Below, piece by piece: positions 47,956 through 56,680 of a stretch of DNA of 64,000 nucleotides. The stretch spans positions 63,773,456 through 63,837,455 of the forward strand of contig NC_068992.1 of assembly GCF_001194135.2 (NCBI RefSeq), given 5' to 3'. The stretch's first letter is position 1; each line of letters starts with the position of its first letter. The position numbers and the translations under genes were made by a program. The notes below the pieces were generated by a model. That model was not told the origin of the DNA. It saw only the letters and a program-made list of their open reading frames with translations, and did no database searches. Origin of the DNA: Octopus bimaculoides (Eukaryota).

Positions 47956-50900
47956 ATGCATGACCTTTGACATTGCATAATAATTGTAAATGTGCATCCC
48001 CATCATACAAGTGGTGTCCTTGTTTTCAATCCTCCATGAAAACCTGCCCGAGCATGAGAAAGTAGTAACTTATTCAGAAATAGGTGAGGGTTGGTGACAG
48101 AAAAGGCATCTAGCTGTAGAAACTGCTTCCACAAATTCAGTGTAACCCATATGAGCATGGAAAAGTGGACACTACAATGTTGAATATACATACATACATA
48201 CATACATATATACTTACATATATACATACATATATCAGAGGCAATGACTAGTGACTGATACCTTTGGCATTGTGCCATGCTTGAGAAGAAGACCCATCAA
48301 GCCAAGTGAAATCATAGTTGTGGCCAATGCTGGTGTCATGTAAGTGGCACCTGTGCAGGTGTCACATAAAAAGCACCTTTCAAGCATTGGGCCCCACAGA
48401 GGCAAGGATGGCCAATGCCAGTGGCATGTGAAAAGTACTTTTCATGTGTTGGGCTTCATGGAGGTGAAGACAAATGACCAAGAAAGACCTTTAGCATTGT
48501 GCCATGCTTGAGAAGAAGACCCATCAAGCCAAGTAAAATTGTAGTCATGGCAGATGGTGCCATGCATCCAGCTGTAGAAACCATGCCAAATCAGACTGGA
48601 GTCTGATGCAGCCTTCCAGCTTGCCGGCTCTGATCAAACCGTCCAACCCATGCCAGTATGGACAACGGGCGTTACATGATGATGATGATGATGATGATGA
48701 TAATTTATATATATACATATATATATATACACACACACACACATTTACACATACTCACACACATATACACACATACATACACAGACACACATTCACACAC
48801 ATATACACATACATATATACACACATACATATATACACACACATCCATACACACACATATCCATACACACTCATGTATTCATACATATACATGCATATAT
48901 ATATATATATACACATACACGCACATGTATACATACATGCATACATATATACATACACACATACGTATACATATATATACATACACACGTATATATATAC
49001 ACACACACACGTATATATTTATATATATATACACATATGCATACATATATACATACACATGTGCATACATATATACATATACATATGCATACATATATAC
49101 ATACACATATGCATACATATATACATATACATATGCATACATATATATACACATATGCATACATATATACATATATATATATATATACATACACACATGT
49201 GCATACATATATATACACATACATACATATACATATACAACACACACAGCAAATCTACACCGTTGTGTTTTTGAAAATCAGTTACCCAATCAAATTTAAT
49301 TGCTTATTCGTTGAATTGTATTGCATCACCAAGATATGGAGGGTGCAACATAAATTCATCGGAAGGGACTTGGATTTGGCGCAGATCGGTTCAGACCGTT
49401 TGCAAGTTGTTTGCAAAACGTATCGTATTATATAACAACTACCATCACAATTCCATTTCAGTTTTATGATCACAACCGTCCAACGAATGCTAACATGAAA
49501 CTGACAGTTTGTGAAGATTTAAAACAAAAATTTTGATCTGCAAATGTGCTAAGCACTGATGATGATCGTAGTTTAATCAATAAGCGTAGGAGCGATGTAA
49601 AGGCAGTAAAAATAGAGGGGGGGGTCAGTGAGGCCCCATATAAGTGGTCCTTCAGAAATTGAACCTCCTTACGATACTCCCTGGGAGTTCATGGTATGAA
49701 ATTCATTGTCATTGCTCCAATCTGGTCGCTAATGCCATGCATTTAGTTTAAAATGCAGTAAAAATAGAGGAGTCAGTGTGGCCCTAATTAGGCGGCCCTT
49801 AACAAAATAGATCCCCTTAGGACATTCACTGGGATTAGGGGAGTTGCTGGTTTGAGTTTTGTTGTCCTTGCACCAACAGTCTAGGAGGAGTTAACGAACA
49901 TAAAAACAAAGGACAGAGAAACAGCACTCAAATTTATAATAGGATATATGTGTGTGTGTATAAATATATAGATAGAGAGATAGAGAGACACAGATACAAA
50001 GCTATTTGTTTTCTAGCCACAATTCTAACAAGTGTCCTCATGTCAAATGTCCACTGAGTGGTCATGTCTCACCTATTTGATGGTGGGACTGTTCTACTAA
50101 ATACCAAAGTAAGAACACAAAAATGTACTACCAAGTCTACTAATGACTCGTAGTCTTCAAGTCGCAACTGATCTTACAACAACCCATCGCAAGGGACAAT
50201 AAGTACAAAAGACAGACAGACAGACAGACAAAGGTGGGGTGGAGAGTCATAAAATATATTATTTTAACCCTTCTGTTACTATATTGAAAAGTGCTGCTTT
50301 TAGTTCCTTTAATTTTGGAAACTATGACGAATTTATTTAGTAAAAATAACTTCTTAAAAACCTCGTGTTTGGAACTTTTATTAAGATGAAATTTTGTTTC
50401 AAATTATTTTAAAACAAGAGAACTACATGAAGGTTTTTATCAAAAGGTTTAACACAAAAGAAAAACAATTATTTCTAAAGACAATATTTTTTGTTTTGTT
50501 TTCTTTTTTTCAATAAAACACCAGACAGTAATACAAATAACTAGTTTGATGCAAACATATTTCCAACATTTCTTTCTGGGGCAACAAGACATACAAATAA
50601 ATAGATGTATGTGTGTGTGTACATATGTATAAACATACAGATAAACATATACAGGCACACATACATACATATAAACGTATGCATATGTATACATACAAAT
50701 ATACATATGTATGCATGCATATATACACATTCAAATATAGACACACAAGCACATACACACACAAACATGCACATATACACAAATGCACACACACACACAC
50801 GCAAATGTATATGTGTGTGTGTATATATACAGGGCAGTATATAGAAAATTGTTGTTTCTAACACAAGAAATCTGCTGAAACAAAAAAGTAGTACTACCAG

Positions 50901-51351
50901 CCTCCAACTCGGCCACCAGGATAGAAAGAAAAAACAGGCTAAATAGAGCACATACCAAAACCACTATCATCTTTCTCTCTGCTTACCAGAAACACCAAAC
51001 AACATCAACTTAACAAAGGAACCTCTCTGTGGTTGCTCGACCTGCTAGAAACAGCAGCCAAACCTCTTTGAGCACAATTTGGGTATATTGGATAGTAAGA
51101 TTTTTAGATTTATAATAAAAATTTTAAAAAATTTTAAGAAGTTACGCAGCACAGATATGGCAAGCTAACTTTGTAACGATGTGGATTGGAGTTCCATGCT
51201 ACTGCATGGCACTGCTATACCCTTGGGTCAACCAAAGCATTGTGAGTGGATTTGGCAGACAGAAAATGTGTGGGAACCAGTTTTGTGTGTGTGTATATAC
51301 ATGCAAGTGCATATATACATATGTATACATATGTATGTATTGTATACATAC

Positions 51352-51408
<57 letters not shown>

Positions 51409-54400
51409 TATGTATGCATACATACATACGAATGCATACATATACAGGAATGTATGCATGCATATGCATGTATACATACATAAGCATGTATACATACATA
51501 AGCATGTATACATACATACCTATGTATGTATGCATACATACATATGTATGTATGTAAGTCTTTGTACCCCACCACTGATTAACAACCTGTGTTGGTTTGT
51601 TTACGTCTCCATACACCAGCAGTTCAGCAAGAAGAAACTGATAGAGTAAATGCCAGACTTAAAAGATAAGTACAGGGGCCAATTTATTTAACAAAGCCCT
51701 TGAAGGCAGTGCTCCAGCATGGCCACATTCCCCTAACAGAAACATGTAGAAGATAATTATAGCTGTAAAAACCTCTTTGATCAACAGTTTACTCATTCAT
51801 GGCTGTCCTGGGGCTGAACAACAGCAAGAACATCAAGTACATCCAACCAACGCACTCAATACCAGCACACGCCCACATGCACACACACACAGAAGGCAAA
51901 AATACTGAGGATTATCTCCAAAACTTGTACAACATTCATAGTAACAAGTCGCAGACATAGGGGGTAAAACAAGCAAAGCATACATTACTATCAACTAGTA
52001 AACTGAGTGAAAACACGGAGACATCATCATAAATATATATATTCATACACATGATTTATGCCACCAGACTTTCCTTAGTACCTGCACTCTCTCTGTCTCT
52101 CCCTCTCTCTCTCTCTCTCTCTCCCTCCCTCTCTCTCTCTATCAACAAATCACAACAAACTGCATCATTTAATGTCCACTTTTCCAAGCTTGCATGGGTC
52201 AGGTGAAATTTGTTGAGGTATATTTTTCTGTGGCTGGAAGCTCTTCCTGTTACCGACCCGTACCTGCTCCCAAGCAAAACATACGTTCCTTTAATCCTCT
52301 CAGCATGAAACACCACAGAAATAGCTGGACAGGTTTTCACGGAAGATTGCAAATCAATGTCACCAGTTGTGTGACGATGAAGTTTGTTTACAATTAATAA
52401 TGCAAGGTCAAGACATTGACATGTGTGTGTGTGTGTACAACAACAACTTTTAGCTTTCATCTACAAAATCCCTTCACAGTGCTTTGGTTGGCCCAGGACT
52501 CAAGGTGCCGTGCAACAGGACTGAACTGGAAACAATGTAGTTGAAGAGCAAACTCCTTAACAGCAAGCCTTCATACATACACACACGCAGTCATGTACAC
52601 ACATACACACCACCATCATTCAACATCCAAGTTCCATACCAGCAATGGATAAGGCGATTTGACAAGACCCAATGGATCTAAGGACTGTATAGTACTCCAC
52701 TGTCTAGTAGGGCAGGGTTTCTACAGCTTGATACCCTTCCTAATACCGACCACTTCACAAAATGAACTGTGTATTTTTCTTCATGCCACCAGCTCATATA
52801 TATGTTTCTTGAGATTTATTTGCACATTCATTTTGCTACAGCAAAAATACTTTTCTATGTCTAGTTGGTCATAGATATTCTTCTACAGAATTTTAAATAA
52901 TATCACTCATTTTATTTTATATCTCATAAAAGAAATAACTAAACCAGTGGTTCCCAACCTGGGGTCCACAGACCCCTGATGGTTTGCAAAGGTAGCACTG
53001 GGGTCCATGAACAAAATTCAAAATTTCATGTGTGTGTATATATATATATATATATATAAATATATGAGTAAGCATATTAAAACGGGTCTGTGGGAAAACT
53101 CATTTAAATAAAAGGTTTGGGAACCACTGAACTAAACGCTCAAGACATGGATGCTAACGAAATAAAAATTTTCCTAACTGATTAACATCATCTCTGGGGA
53201 TAAATAAAAAACAAAAAAAAAAGACAAAAAAAAGCATCCAATATTTAATATATTATACATCTATACCAATGCAGGACTTGATGGATAAGAGTGTTAATCC
53301 TCTTAGTTTAGAAATAAAGGGTCCTACATCTGATTCAACCAGGTACTATGTACAAATGATGAAATTGGTTTGTTGATCTGCGACAGAATGATCACAGATG
53401 AAGAAACCAATTTAAACATTGTGCAGATGCAAATATTTAAAGAAAACTAACTACTGTCTCATAAAACTGGTTTAATCTTCTTCCCTGTGGAAGCCTCCTC
53501 AGTAGAGTTCGCCTTCAGAGGGTTAGTTAATAAATCTTCGTTAAAAAACAGCAGCAATCAGTAACATGCTCAGAAAGAAAAAAAGAAAAAAAAACATGCA
53601 TACAAGCATGGCTGTGTGGTAAGTTTGCTTCCCAGCCACATGGTTCTGGGTTCAGTCCCACTTCATGGCACCTAGGGCAAGTGTCTTCTACTATGGCCTC
53701 AGACCAATCAAAGCCTTGTAAGTGGACTTGGTAGACGGAAACTGAAAGAAGCCAGTGTGCGTGTGTATCTGTGTCTTTGTGCCCATCCCCCCATCACTGC
53801 TTGACAACCAGTGTTGGTGTGTTTATGTCCCTGTAACTTAGCGGTTTGGCAAAAAGAGACCAGTACAATCAGTTCCAAACTTAAAAAAAGAAAAAGAAAT
53901 ATTGGGGTTGCTTTGTTTGACTAACCCAGGCATGGGCAACCTTTCTTGAAAAGCAGGTTATAGGAGTCATGGTTCATCAACAAGCAGGATGCACTACTTA
54001 GAAGAAAAAAAAAAATCAAGGTAATTTTTCTTTCAGAAAGTCCCATGGGTCACAGTCTGCCCATGACTGGATTGAACCTTTCAAGGTAGTACCCCAGTTT
54101 GACCATAGAGCCATGACTAAAACTGTTGTAAAGTGGGTTCCTCCTACTGGTGTGATGTGTGACTGCCGCTGTACTGTAGTTGCTGTTTTACGCTAGTAGC
54201 CACAAGAGTTACTAGTCATCAGATACTATTGTATCTCTTCGAACCAAAATAGTAACATACTAACTTATTCTGTCATTATCGCTGATAGCTCCACAAGACA
54301 CCGAGTAGAACTGTCAACTATCGACCCTCTCTTGACGACCAGCTACTAGTCTACTAATAATGGCTGGTTCCTACCACATTTTACTAGGAGGGGTATACAG

Positions 54401-54666
54401 TTTCACTATACAACAGAAACAAGTAAAGAAGAAAAAATAAAAGACAAAACAAAAGAGAAAGAGAATAGTTGTGAAGCCATACCTGCTGCATTTGTCTCTT
54501 TAGGAAGAGCTGCAGCTCCCTGAGTTTGCTCCACTTCCATAGATTGACAAAACGTACTGCTGACATTATTGGAAGTTTTATCTTTATCATGAGGAATGAT
54601 TTTGTCCGTTGACTTGCTGGATCCCGCTGTGTTACCACCTAACCTCGCTAGTCTTCTGCGACGAAT
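279..54666 (-). CDS. UBE4B: Ubiquitin conjugation factor E4 B (Ufd2 orthologue); 23 joined coding exons, 5'- and 3'-partial
   Basis: Manual splicing gives a stop-free 3139-nt frame with GT-AG introns and matching phases. It contains hallmark motifs recalled from UBE4B/Ufd2: [110 protein letters not shown](D). The start exon and U-box exon(s) are not in the identified set. Confidence 0.97.
1910..2754. mobile_element. hAT (Charlie-like) non-autonomous element
   Basis: Ends CAGTGGTTCTC...GGGAACCACTG; flanking 8-mers CTCTACAT / CTCTGCAT (7/8 match, TSD-like). Confidence 0.7.
2202..2429. mobile_element. Foldback MITE nested in the hAT element
   Basis: About 100-bp imperfect inverted arms (AAAACAATTGCAG..AAGGTGTTTATAAGCCATTTAA..AAACCGTTAGATT / reverse complement). 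Confidence 0.7.
3265..3585. repeat. (GACA)n/(GA)n compound minisatellite
   Basis: GACAAACAGACAGACAGACAAGCAGAGAG-type units; source of the low-complexity VCLS ORFs. Confidence 0.95.
3602..3796 (-). CDS. UBE4B: UBE4B exon
   Basis: ctag|GAA...GAG|gtaagc; [65 protein letters not shown]; 195 nt, phase 0-0. Confidence 0.96.
3981..4270. mobile_element. tRNA-headed SINE-like element with hammerhead body, head-to-head palindrome (locus 1)
   Basis: Body on minus 3981-4150; palindrome centre ...CATATGCCC-GT-GGGCATATG... at 4190/4191; tRNA-like head on plus 4192-4265 with A box TGGCATAGTGG and B box GTTCAATTCC; same family at 35483-35880. Confidence 0.8.
4050..4095 (-). ncRNA. Minimal type I hammerhead ribozyme (copy 1)
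   Basis: RNA: GACAC-CUGAAGA-A-GGCUG(gaggguacau)CAACC-GAA-ACGU-U/GUGUU. Stem I GACAC:GUGUU; stem II has one C-A mismatch; palindromic ACGU helix III as in dimeric minimal hammerheads. Confidence 0.7.
4563..4661. repeat. Long inverted repeat / hairpin inserted in a SINE copy
   Basis: ATGTATATATAATAAAGGGAGAGGAATTTCACTTGAGT ... ACTCAAGTGAAATTCCTCTCCCCTTTATTATATATACAT. Confidence 0.85.
5320..5454 (-). CDS. UBE4B: UBE4B exon
   Basis: tcag|GAG...CCT|gtaagt; [45 protein letters not shown]; 135 nt. Confidence 0.96.
6865..7040. repeat. (GGT/GAT)n trinucleotide-rich tract
   Basis: Intronic, immediately after the 7046 donor; makes the poly-Thr/poly-Val tails of ORFs 6872..7174 and 6732..7280. Confidence 0.9.
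7046..7190 (-). CDS. UBE4B: UBE4B exon
   Basis: acag|G AAA...CGG|gtacgt; [48 protein letters not shown]; 145 nt, phase 2-0. Confidence 0.96.
7588..8187. mobile_element. Two tandem foldback MITEs (7588-7840, 7872-8187)
   Basis: About 120-bp TIRs TAGGGTGGAGTGAAAA..GAAAATG.CTGAGG.CTAAAAT.TTGCTATATTTGATTACTAGAAAAATGCTAAATTTT..GATCAATCAAGGGCATTTACTCCC and reverse complement; the right arm of the first unit is internally deleted. Confidence 0.8.
8448..8686 (-). mobile_element. SINE family A (tRNA-derived, CORE-like), with triplicated 3' segment
   Basis: Reverse complement of GGCGTGGCTGTGTGGTAAGGAGTTTGCTTCCCAACCACATGGTCCCAGGTTCACTCCC..GGCAAGTGTCTTCTAC..GTGGATTTGGTGGACGGAAACTGAAAGAAGCC; about 20 related copies in window. 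Confidence 0.8.
8763..8889 (-). CDS. UBE4B: UBE4B exon
   Basis: tcag|AT ATT...CA|gtgagt; (D)[41 protein letters not shown](Q); 127 nt, phase 1-2. Confidence 0.96.
10590..10815 (+). mobile_element. SINE-like family B ((GAT)n-tailed)
   Basis: ..GCACCCACTACACTCTCAGAGTGGTTGGCATTAGGGAGGGCATCCAACTGTA..AAACCGTCCAACCCATGCCAGCACGGAAAACGAACGTTAAACGATGATGATG; more than 20 related copies in both orientations. Confidence 0.8.
11065..11440 (+). mobile_element. Dispersed repeat of about 370 bp (inverted copy at 37650-38030)
   Basis: AAACCCCAAACAATCCTTCTTAACACGTGGCT..GTCAGCCACTAAGGGACATGGGTAAGTGGTTAAGGTCAAGCAACTGACAAGCAAATCTGTGGTATTGAGCAG matches the reverse complement at 37840-38030. Confidence 0.8.
11606..11702. 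repeat. 97-nt near-perfect hairpin (44-bp stem, 9-nt loop)
   Basis: Arms 11606-11649 and 11659-11702 are reverse complements with 2 mismatches. Confidence 0.9.
11825..12063 (-). CDS. UBE4B: UBE4B exon
   Basis: tcag|T TAC...ACT G|gtaagt; [79 protein letters not shown]; 239 nt, phase 2-1. Confidence 0.96.
12192..12416. mobile_element. Mariner-type MITE
   Basis: TIR-like ends GAGGGGGTGCTGAAAAGTTCCTGGCTT ... AAGCCAGGAGGGTTTCAGCAGCCCCCTT. Confidence 0.6.
13718..13816 (-). CDS. UBE4B: UBE4B exon
   Basis: ccag|C AAC...CA|gtaagt; [32 protein letters not shown](H); 99 nt, phase 2-2. Confidence 0.95.
15465..15592 (-). CDS. UBE4B: UBE4B exon
   Basis: gtag|AAA...GG|gtaaga; [42 protein letters not shown](G); 128 nt, phase 0-2. 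Confidence 0.95.
16395..16605. repeat. Purine-rich 19-bp minisatellite
   Basis: GAAGAGAAGGAGAGAGAGA repeated about 10 times. Confidence 0.95.
16909..17144 (-). CDS. UBE4B: UBE4B exon
   Basis: tcag|CT AAA...AAA|gtgagt; [78 protein letters not shown]; 236 nt, phase 1-0. Confidence 0.96.
18289..18394 (-). CDS. UBE4B: UBE4B exon
   Basis: tcag|GTG...CTG G|gtaagt; [35 protein letters not shown]; 106 nt, phase 0-1. Confidence 0.93.
18411..18665. repeat. 32-bp minisatellite abutting the acceptor of exon 18289-18394
   Basis: ATTGATGACTAATCACAAAGGTATAAAACAAT, about 8 diverging copies, period 32. Confidence 0.9.
19410..19630 (+). mobile_element. SINE family D (tRNA-derived head)
   Basis: TTGTGGTTAAGATGTTGTACTCAAAATCGCAAG..TTCAGTTCCCCGAGCAGG..TTCTTGAGCAAGACACTTCATTTCACATTGCTCCAGTCCACTCAG; related copies 19955-20175(+), 6110-6340(-), 25845-26135(-). 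Confidence 0.7.
19719..19808 (-). CDS. UBE4B: UBE4B exon
   Basis: acag|GTT...AAG|gtaaga; [30 protein letters not shown]; 90 nt. Confidence 0.95.
21247..21386. repeat. 20-bp minisatellite inside a family-B copy
   Basis: GGCACCCATGCCAGTGCTAA about 7 copies. Confidence 0.95.
21896..22009 (-). CDS. UBE4B: UBE4B exon
   Basis: acag|ACG...CAG|gtattg; [38 protein letters not shown]; 114 nt. Confidence 0.93.
22053..22910 (+). mobile_element. Non-autonomous Helitron-like element (contains gap 22439-22619)
   Basis: A|TCTTAATATACAAAGCTGAAGTTGTGTGTCTGTG 5' end; 3' hairpin GCCCG-ggtgaaa-CGGGC, 7 nt, then CTAG|T; inserted between A and T without a TSD. Confidence 0.65.
23592..23690 (-). CDS. UBE4B: UBE4B exon
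   Basis: tcag|GTG...CGG|gtaagt; [33 protein letters not shown]; 99 nt. Confidence 0.95.
24880..24996 (-). CDS. UBE4B: UBE4B exon
   Basis: ttag|ATG...AAT|gttagt; [39 protein letters not shown]; 117 nt. Confidence 0.94.
26387..26527 (-). CDS. UBE4B: UBE4B exon
   Basis: gtag|ATT...TTG|gtaagt; [47 protein letters not shown]; 141 nt. Confidence 0.94.
26670..27062 (+). mobile_element. Longest family-B copy, with tandem 5' modules of about 67 bp
   Basis: Three to four modules TGCTGGTGGCATGTAAAAAGCACCATCCAAACATGGTCGATGCCAGTGCCGCCTGACTGGCTCCC followed by the common body and (GAT)n tail. Confidence 0.8.
27634..27745 (-). CDS. UBE4B: UBE4B exon
   Basis: ttag|A TCT...AAG|gtaatg; [37 protein letters not shown]; 112 nt, phase 2-0. 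Confidence 0.92.
27935..28385. repeat. GC-rich 24-bp minisatellite with 48-bp higher-order alternation
   Basis: AGTGTGCCACCGGTAAACATGCCT alternating with AGTGTGCCGCCGGTAAACGTGCCC in the core; degenerate edges. Confidence 0.95.
29230..29330 (-). CDS. UBE4B: UBE4B exon
   Basis: gtag|AAA...AG|gtaagt; [33 protein letters not shown](R); 101 nt, phase 0-2. Confidence 0.93.
30040..30520 (+). mobile_element. Decayed 5' fragment of a non-LTR retrotransposon ORF (RLE/HERO-like)
   Basis: [20 protein letters not shown] zinc-finger-like motif, then frameshifted ..[13 protein letters not shown].. resembling the recalled KWP.ANEK..W..FD motif; stops and frameshifts present. Confidence 0.4.
31267..31485. 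mobile_element. piggyBac-type MITE
   Basis: TTAA|CCCTTCAGCATT ... AATGCTGAAGGA|TTAA; related TTAA-CCC elements near 13910-14135, 25100-25325 and 50265-50455. Confidence 0.65.
31558..31702 (-). CDS. UBE4B: UBE4B exon
   Basis: tcag|T ATA...AAA|gtaagt; [48 protein letters not shown]; 145 nt, phase 2-0. Confidence 0.93.
32648..32795 (-). CDS. UBE4B: UBE4B exon
   Basis: gcag|AA GAG...AG|gtaagt; [48 protein letters not shown](S); 148 nt, phase 1-2. Confidence 0.92.
33195..33330 (-). CDS. UBE4B: UBE4B exon
   Basis: ctag|GAT...GAA A|gtaaga; [45 protein letters not shown]; 136 nt, phase 0-1. Confidence 0.91.
33648..33998. repeat. 32-bp minisatellite, about 11 copies
   Basis: CTTGTAACTTGAGGGTACACCCTAAACACTGC at exact period 32 (33648, 33680 ... 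33968); no spacers. Confidence 0.97.
35000..35084 (-). CDS. UBE4B: UBE4B exon
   Basis: tcag|T AAT...CGT|gtaagt; [28 protein letters not shown] (human recalled as [18 protein letters not shown]); 85 nt, phase 2-0. Confidence 0.92.
35483..35880. mobile_element. tRNA-headed SINE-like element with hammerhead body, inverted dimer (locus 2)
   Basis: Complete unit on minus: tRNA-like head 35653-35728 (A box TGGCGTAGTGG, B box GTTCGATTCC), (AAT)n, body to about 35483. Second unit on plus 35730-35880 lacks the head and has an internally deleted ribozyme. Confidence 0.85.
35531..35576 (-). ncRNA. Minimal type I hammerhead ribozyme (copy 2)
   Basis: RNA: GACAC-CUGAUGA-A-GGCUG(gaggguauau)CAGCC-GAA-AUAU-U/GUGUU; perfect 5-bp stem II, stem I GACAC:GUGUU, palindromic AUAU helix III. 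Confidence 0.72.
36245..36326 (-). CDS. UBE4B: UBE4B exon (tandem in-frame acceptors at 36326 and 36317)
   Basis: cacag|CT TGT GTA GAA...AA|gtgagt; [26 protein letters not shown]; 82 nt (73 nt with the downstream AG), phase 1-2; fits both neighbouring exons. Confidence 0.85.
36365..37045 (-). mobile_element. Three tandem copies of SINE family C separated by (AAT)n
   Basis: Each is the reverse complement of AGGTGGTGAGCTGGCA..TTAG..GTTCTGAGTTCAAATTCCGCCGAGGTTGACT..TTTCATTCTTTCAGAGTTGATAAAATAAGTACCAG; other copies at 5770-5980, 28490-28605, 32325-32470, 41910-42105(-), 25345-25450, 42490-42590(+). Confidence 0.8.
37069..37534. mobile_element. Tigger/pogo-like MITE remnant
   Basis: Ends GTGGAACTTCAATTTATGAA ... 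TTCATAAACCAAGGTTCCAC resemble the Tigger TIR CAGTGGAACCTCGGTTTACGAA (from recall). Confidence 0.5.
37105..37258. mobile_element. hAT-type MITE nested in the Tigger-like element
   Basis: TIR CACTAGAGTAG ... CTACGCTAGTG; perfect 8-bp TSD CCTGAAGG at 37097-37104 and 37259-37266. Confidence 0.8.
38798..38920. repeat. Inverted repeat (about 37-bp arms, about 47-nt spacer) in unique sequence
   Basis: CTTATGTAACATAAAAATATCATTTTAGCTTTTCTTCA ... TGAAGAAAAGCTAAATGATATTTTTGTGTGTTACATAAG. Confidence 0.8.
39516..39628 (-). CDS. Candidate additional UBE4B exon Y (basic, NLS-like segment)
   Basis: aaag|T TAT...AAA G|gtaagg; [37 protein letters not shown]; 113 nt, phase 2-1; the acceptor is the only AG in the 80-nt intron after its GTGAGT donor; no homology support. 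Confidence 0.5.
39709..39763 (-). CDS. Candidate additional UBE4B exon X
   Basis: Strong pyrimidine tract tttttttttctttcacttccgtgacttttatag|TT TAT...AA|gtgagt; [17 protein letters not shown]; 55 nt, phase 1-2; frame-preserving only together with exon Y. Confidence 0.5.
40303..40626. mobile_element. MITE-like element
   Basis: Inverted ends GGCATACCTACATATGTGTGCCCCAT ... ATGGGGCACATTTGTATAGGTATGCC. Confidence 0.55.
42179..42469. mobile_element. hAT (Charlie-like) MITE
   Basis: CAGTGCTACACAAAGT ... AGTTTGAGAAGCACTG; TSD decayed (5/8). Confidence 0.5.
45394..45588. mobile_element. Tc2/pogo-like MITE
   Basis: TA|CTGTATTTTCCAGTGTACAAGTCAA ... TCGACTTCTATGTCGGAAAATATGG|TA; related pieces at 30920-31020, 41775-41812 and 63730-63950. 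Confidence 0.55.
47301..47900. other. Assembly gap (largest of 8)
   Basis: N runs at 12115-12160, 13368-13389, 20198-20262, 22439-22619, 39805-39814, 47301-47900, 59720-59787, 61352-61658. Confidence 1.
48705..49250. repeat. (TA)n/(CA)n/TACA compound microsatellite field
   Basis: Source of the YIYTH/CVYM pseudo-ORFs; similar fields at 50600-50830 and 51290-51560. Confidence 0.95.
52945..53129. mobile_element. hAT (Charlie-like) MITE
   Basis: CAGTGGTTCCCAACC ... GGTTTGGGAACCACTG with perfect 8-bp TSD AACTAAAC (52937-52944, 53130-53137). Confidence 0.88.
54483..54666 (-). CDS. UBE4B: UBE4B exon (most 5' identified; equivalent to second coding exon)
   Basis: gtag|ATT...GCA G|gtatgg; [61 protein letters not shown]; IRRRRLARL matches the recalled UBE4B N-terminus; 184 nt, phase 0-1. 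Confidence 0.93.
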
Positions 54667-56680
54667 CTACAAGAGAAACGGTAAGCTTTAAACAATTATA
54701 ACAACTTTACAATAACAACTGTCACACAGAATCACAAGGAAGTGTTGTTTCTAACACTGGTACAATACCAAATACATTAAGTAGGAGTGTGTTGGTAGAT
54801 TAAATCTATCATAATACTTGACAACTATTATTCTATTGACTCAAAGAGGATGGAAGGACCCAGTAGGATTTGAACTCAGAACATAAAGGGAAGCATGTTC
54901 TATCATCAATCCACCACCACCCCATCAACATCATCATCACCATCGTCATCTAACGTTGGTCTTTCATGCTAGCATGGAGTGGATGGTTGGACAGGATCCA
55001 GTGAGCCATACAAATATTTATGAACCAACAAGGTAGCAAATACAGGGTCACCTGACTTACTAATAACATCTCCTATCGCTTGTTTCAGTCATTGGATTGC
55101 AGTCATGCTGGAACACTGCTTTGGAGGGTTTTAGTCAAACAAATCAATCACAACACACACACACACATTTATATATTTATTTAAGGCTGGTACTTATTCT
55201 AATGTCAAACAGCTGAGTTATGACAAAAGTAAACAAACCAACACAAGTTGTCAAGTGGGGGGCACACACACACACAAACAACAGGCTTCTTTCAGTTTCC
55301 CTTTTACCAAAGCAACTCACAAGGCTTTTGATTGACCCAAGGCTATAGTGGAAAATACTTGCCCAAGGTATCATGCAGTAGAACAGAACCTAGAACCTTG
55401 TGGTTGAGAAATAAGCTTCTTACCACAGCCAAGCCTACTAGGCTGGTCAGAATTCAAAAACGCCTCAGATAAGTACTACTACACTACCACCTCATAATAC
55501 CACTAGTACTACCGCCATAAACATACAAACATTTATATGAACCAACAAGGAAGAGAGGATCACATGACTCACTAGAATCATTAGCTAAATCCTCTCCCAA
55601 ATCATAATATTCTTTCTTAAATAAGAAGGGACACATTGGATAATGTACTCTTAGATACACTGTCCTAAAATAGGTTGGCTGAAATACTTTTGATCGTAAG
55701 TTGACTTATTCAGAGCTTACCTTGGGCTATGCAAAGAATGACAGAAAGATAGGTATATGTGTACACACATATATACATACAGAGGTGCTATGTAAATGCA
55801 CCCATATCGGTGGCACGTAAAAGGCACCCAGTACACACTTAAGTGGCTGGCATTAGGAAGGGCATCCAGCTGTAGAAACCATGCTTCAACAAACAGCTGG
55901 GGTCTGGACAGTTCCCTGCTAGCCATCTCCATATCAGACCATCCAACCCATGCCAGCATTGAAAGCAGACATTAAACAATGATGACATACATACATATTA
56001 TACAAAAACACACCTTATACACACATGCCCACATGCATATACTCACACACATACGCATATATAAAAACAGTAGTTTCACAGTTTGTATATCCACAGATAT
56101 ATATACTACTAGGTTGTTTAACCCTAGGCTGCCTGTCCTATTTCAGCTAATTCATGGTTGAGGGCATCCCACCTACAACCATCTTATCTTTTTATATATC
56201 TGGGACTACCTTGTCCAATCTGTCTTTTTGTTGGGTTTTTTTTTTTTTCAAAACCACAGAGCGCGAGATTTGAGAGAACATGACTTCTTTTTCCATTTGG
56301 CCAAACAGCTACACAAACAAACTTCCTAGTTTTCTCAAAATATGTCAGTGACAGTTATATAACCTCCGTGCTTACAATAGTGAAAGAAGGAGGGTGGAGC
56401 TATAAACCATATATACATTAATGCTTATAAATGTTAACTAACGTTTTTACTATATACATTCACGAAAACAAGCTTTGGCTTTCTGCTGCTGCTGCTGCTG
56501 CTGCTGCTGTTGTTGTTGTTTAGAAGTGGCCATTATTAAACAAATGGTGAATCTATCTAAGTTCAAACGTGACAGCATAAGAACTAAGTCAATAACCTTT
56601 GAGAAAAACAAAGCCTGAACTTATGGAATCCACTAAATCTAAATGTTATGGATTTGTTAATACAGTAAATAAACAAACAT

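Noticed and set aside
49250-49950. CpG-containing unique-looking block, possibly a Helentron/HINE-like element
   Set aside because: The end resembles such elements only loosely and I could not define termini or a second copy in the window, so it is not reported as a feature.
48606-51649. Many His/Tyr/Ile/Cys-rich ORFs of 100-220 aa
   Set aside because: They are translations of (TA)n/(CA)n microsatellites. The same applies to the ORFs at 3188-3534, 16124-16682 and those spanning N gaps.
54190-54240. Minus-strand CUGAUGA followed by a CTAGTA/TACTAG stem, suggesting another hammerhead
   Set aside because: No GAAA follows stem II (it reads CGTAAAAC) and there is no NUH cleavage triplet before the candidate stem I.
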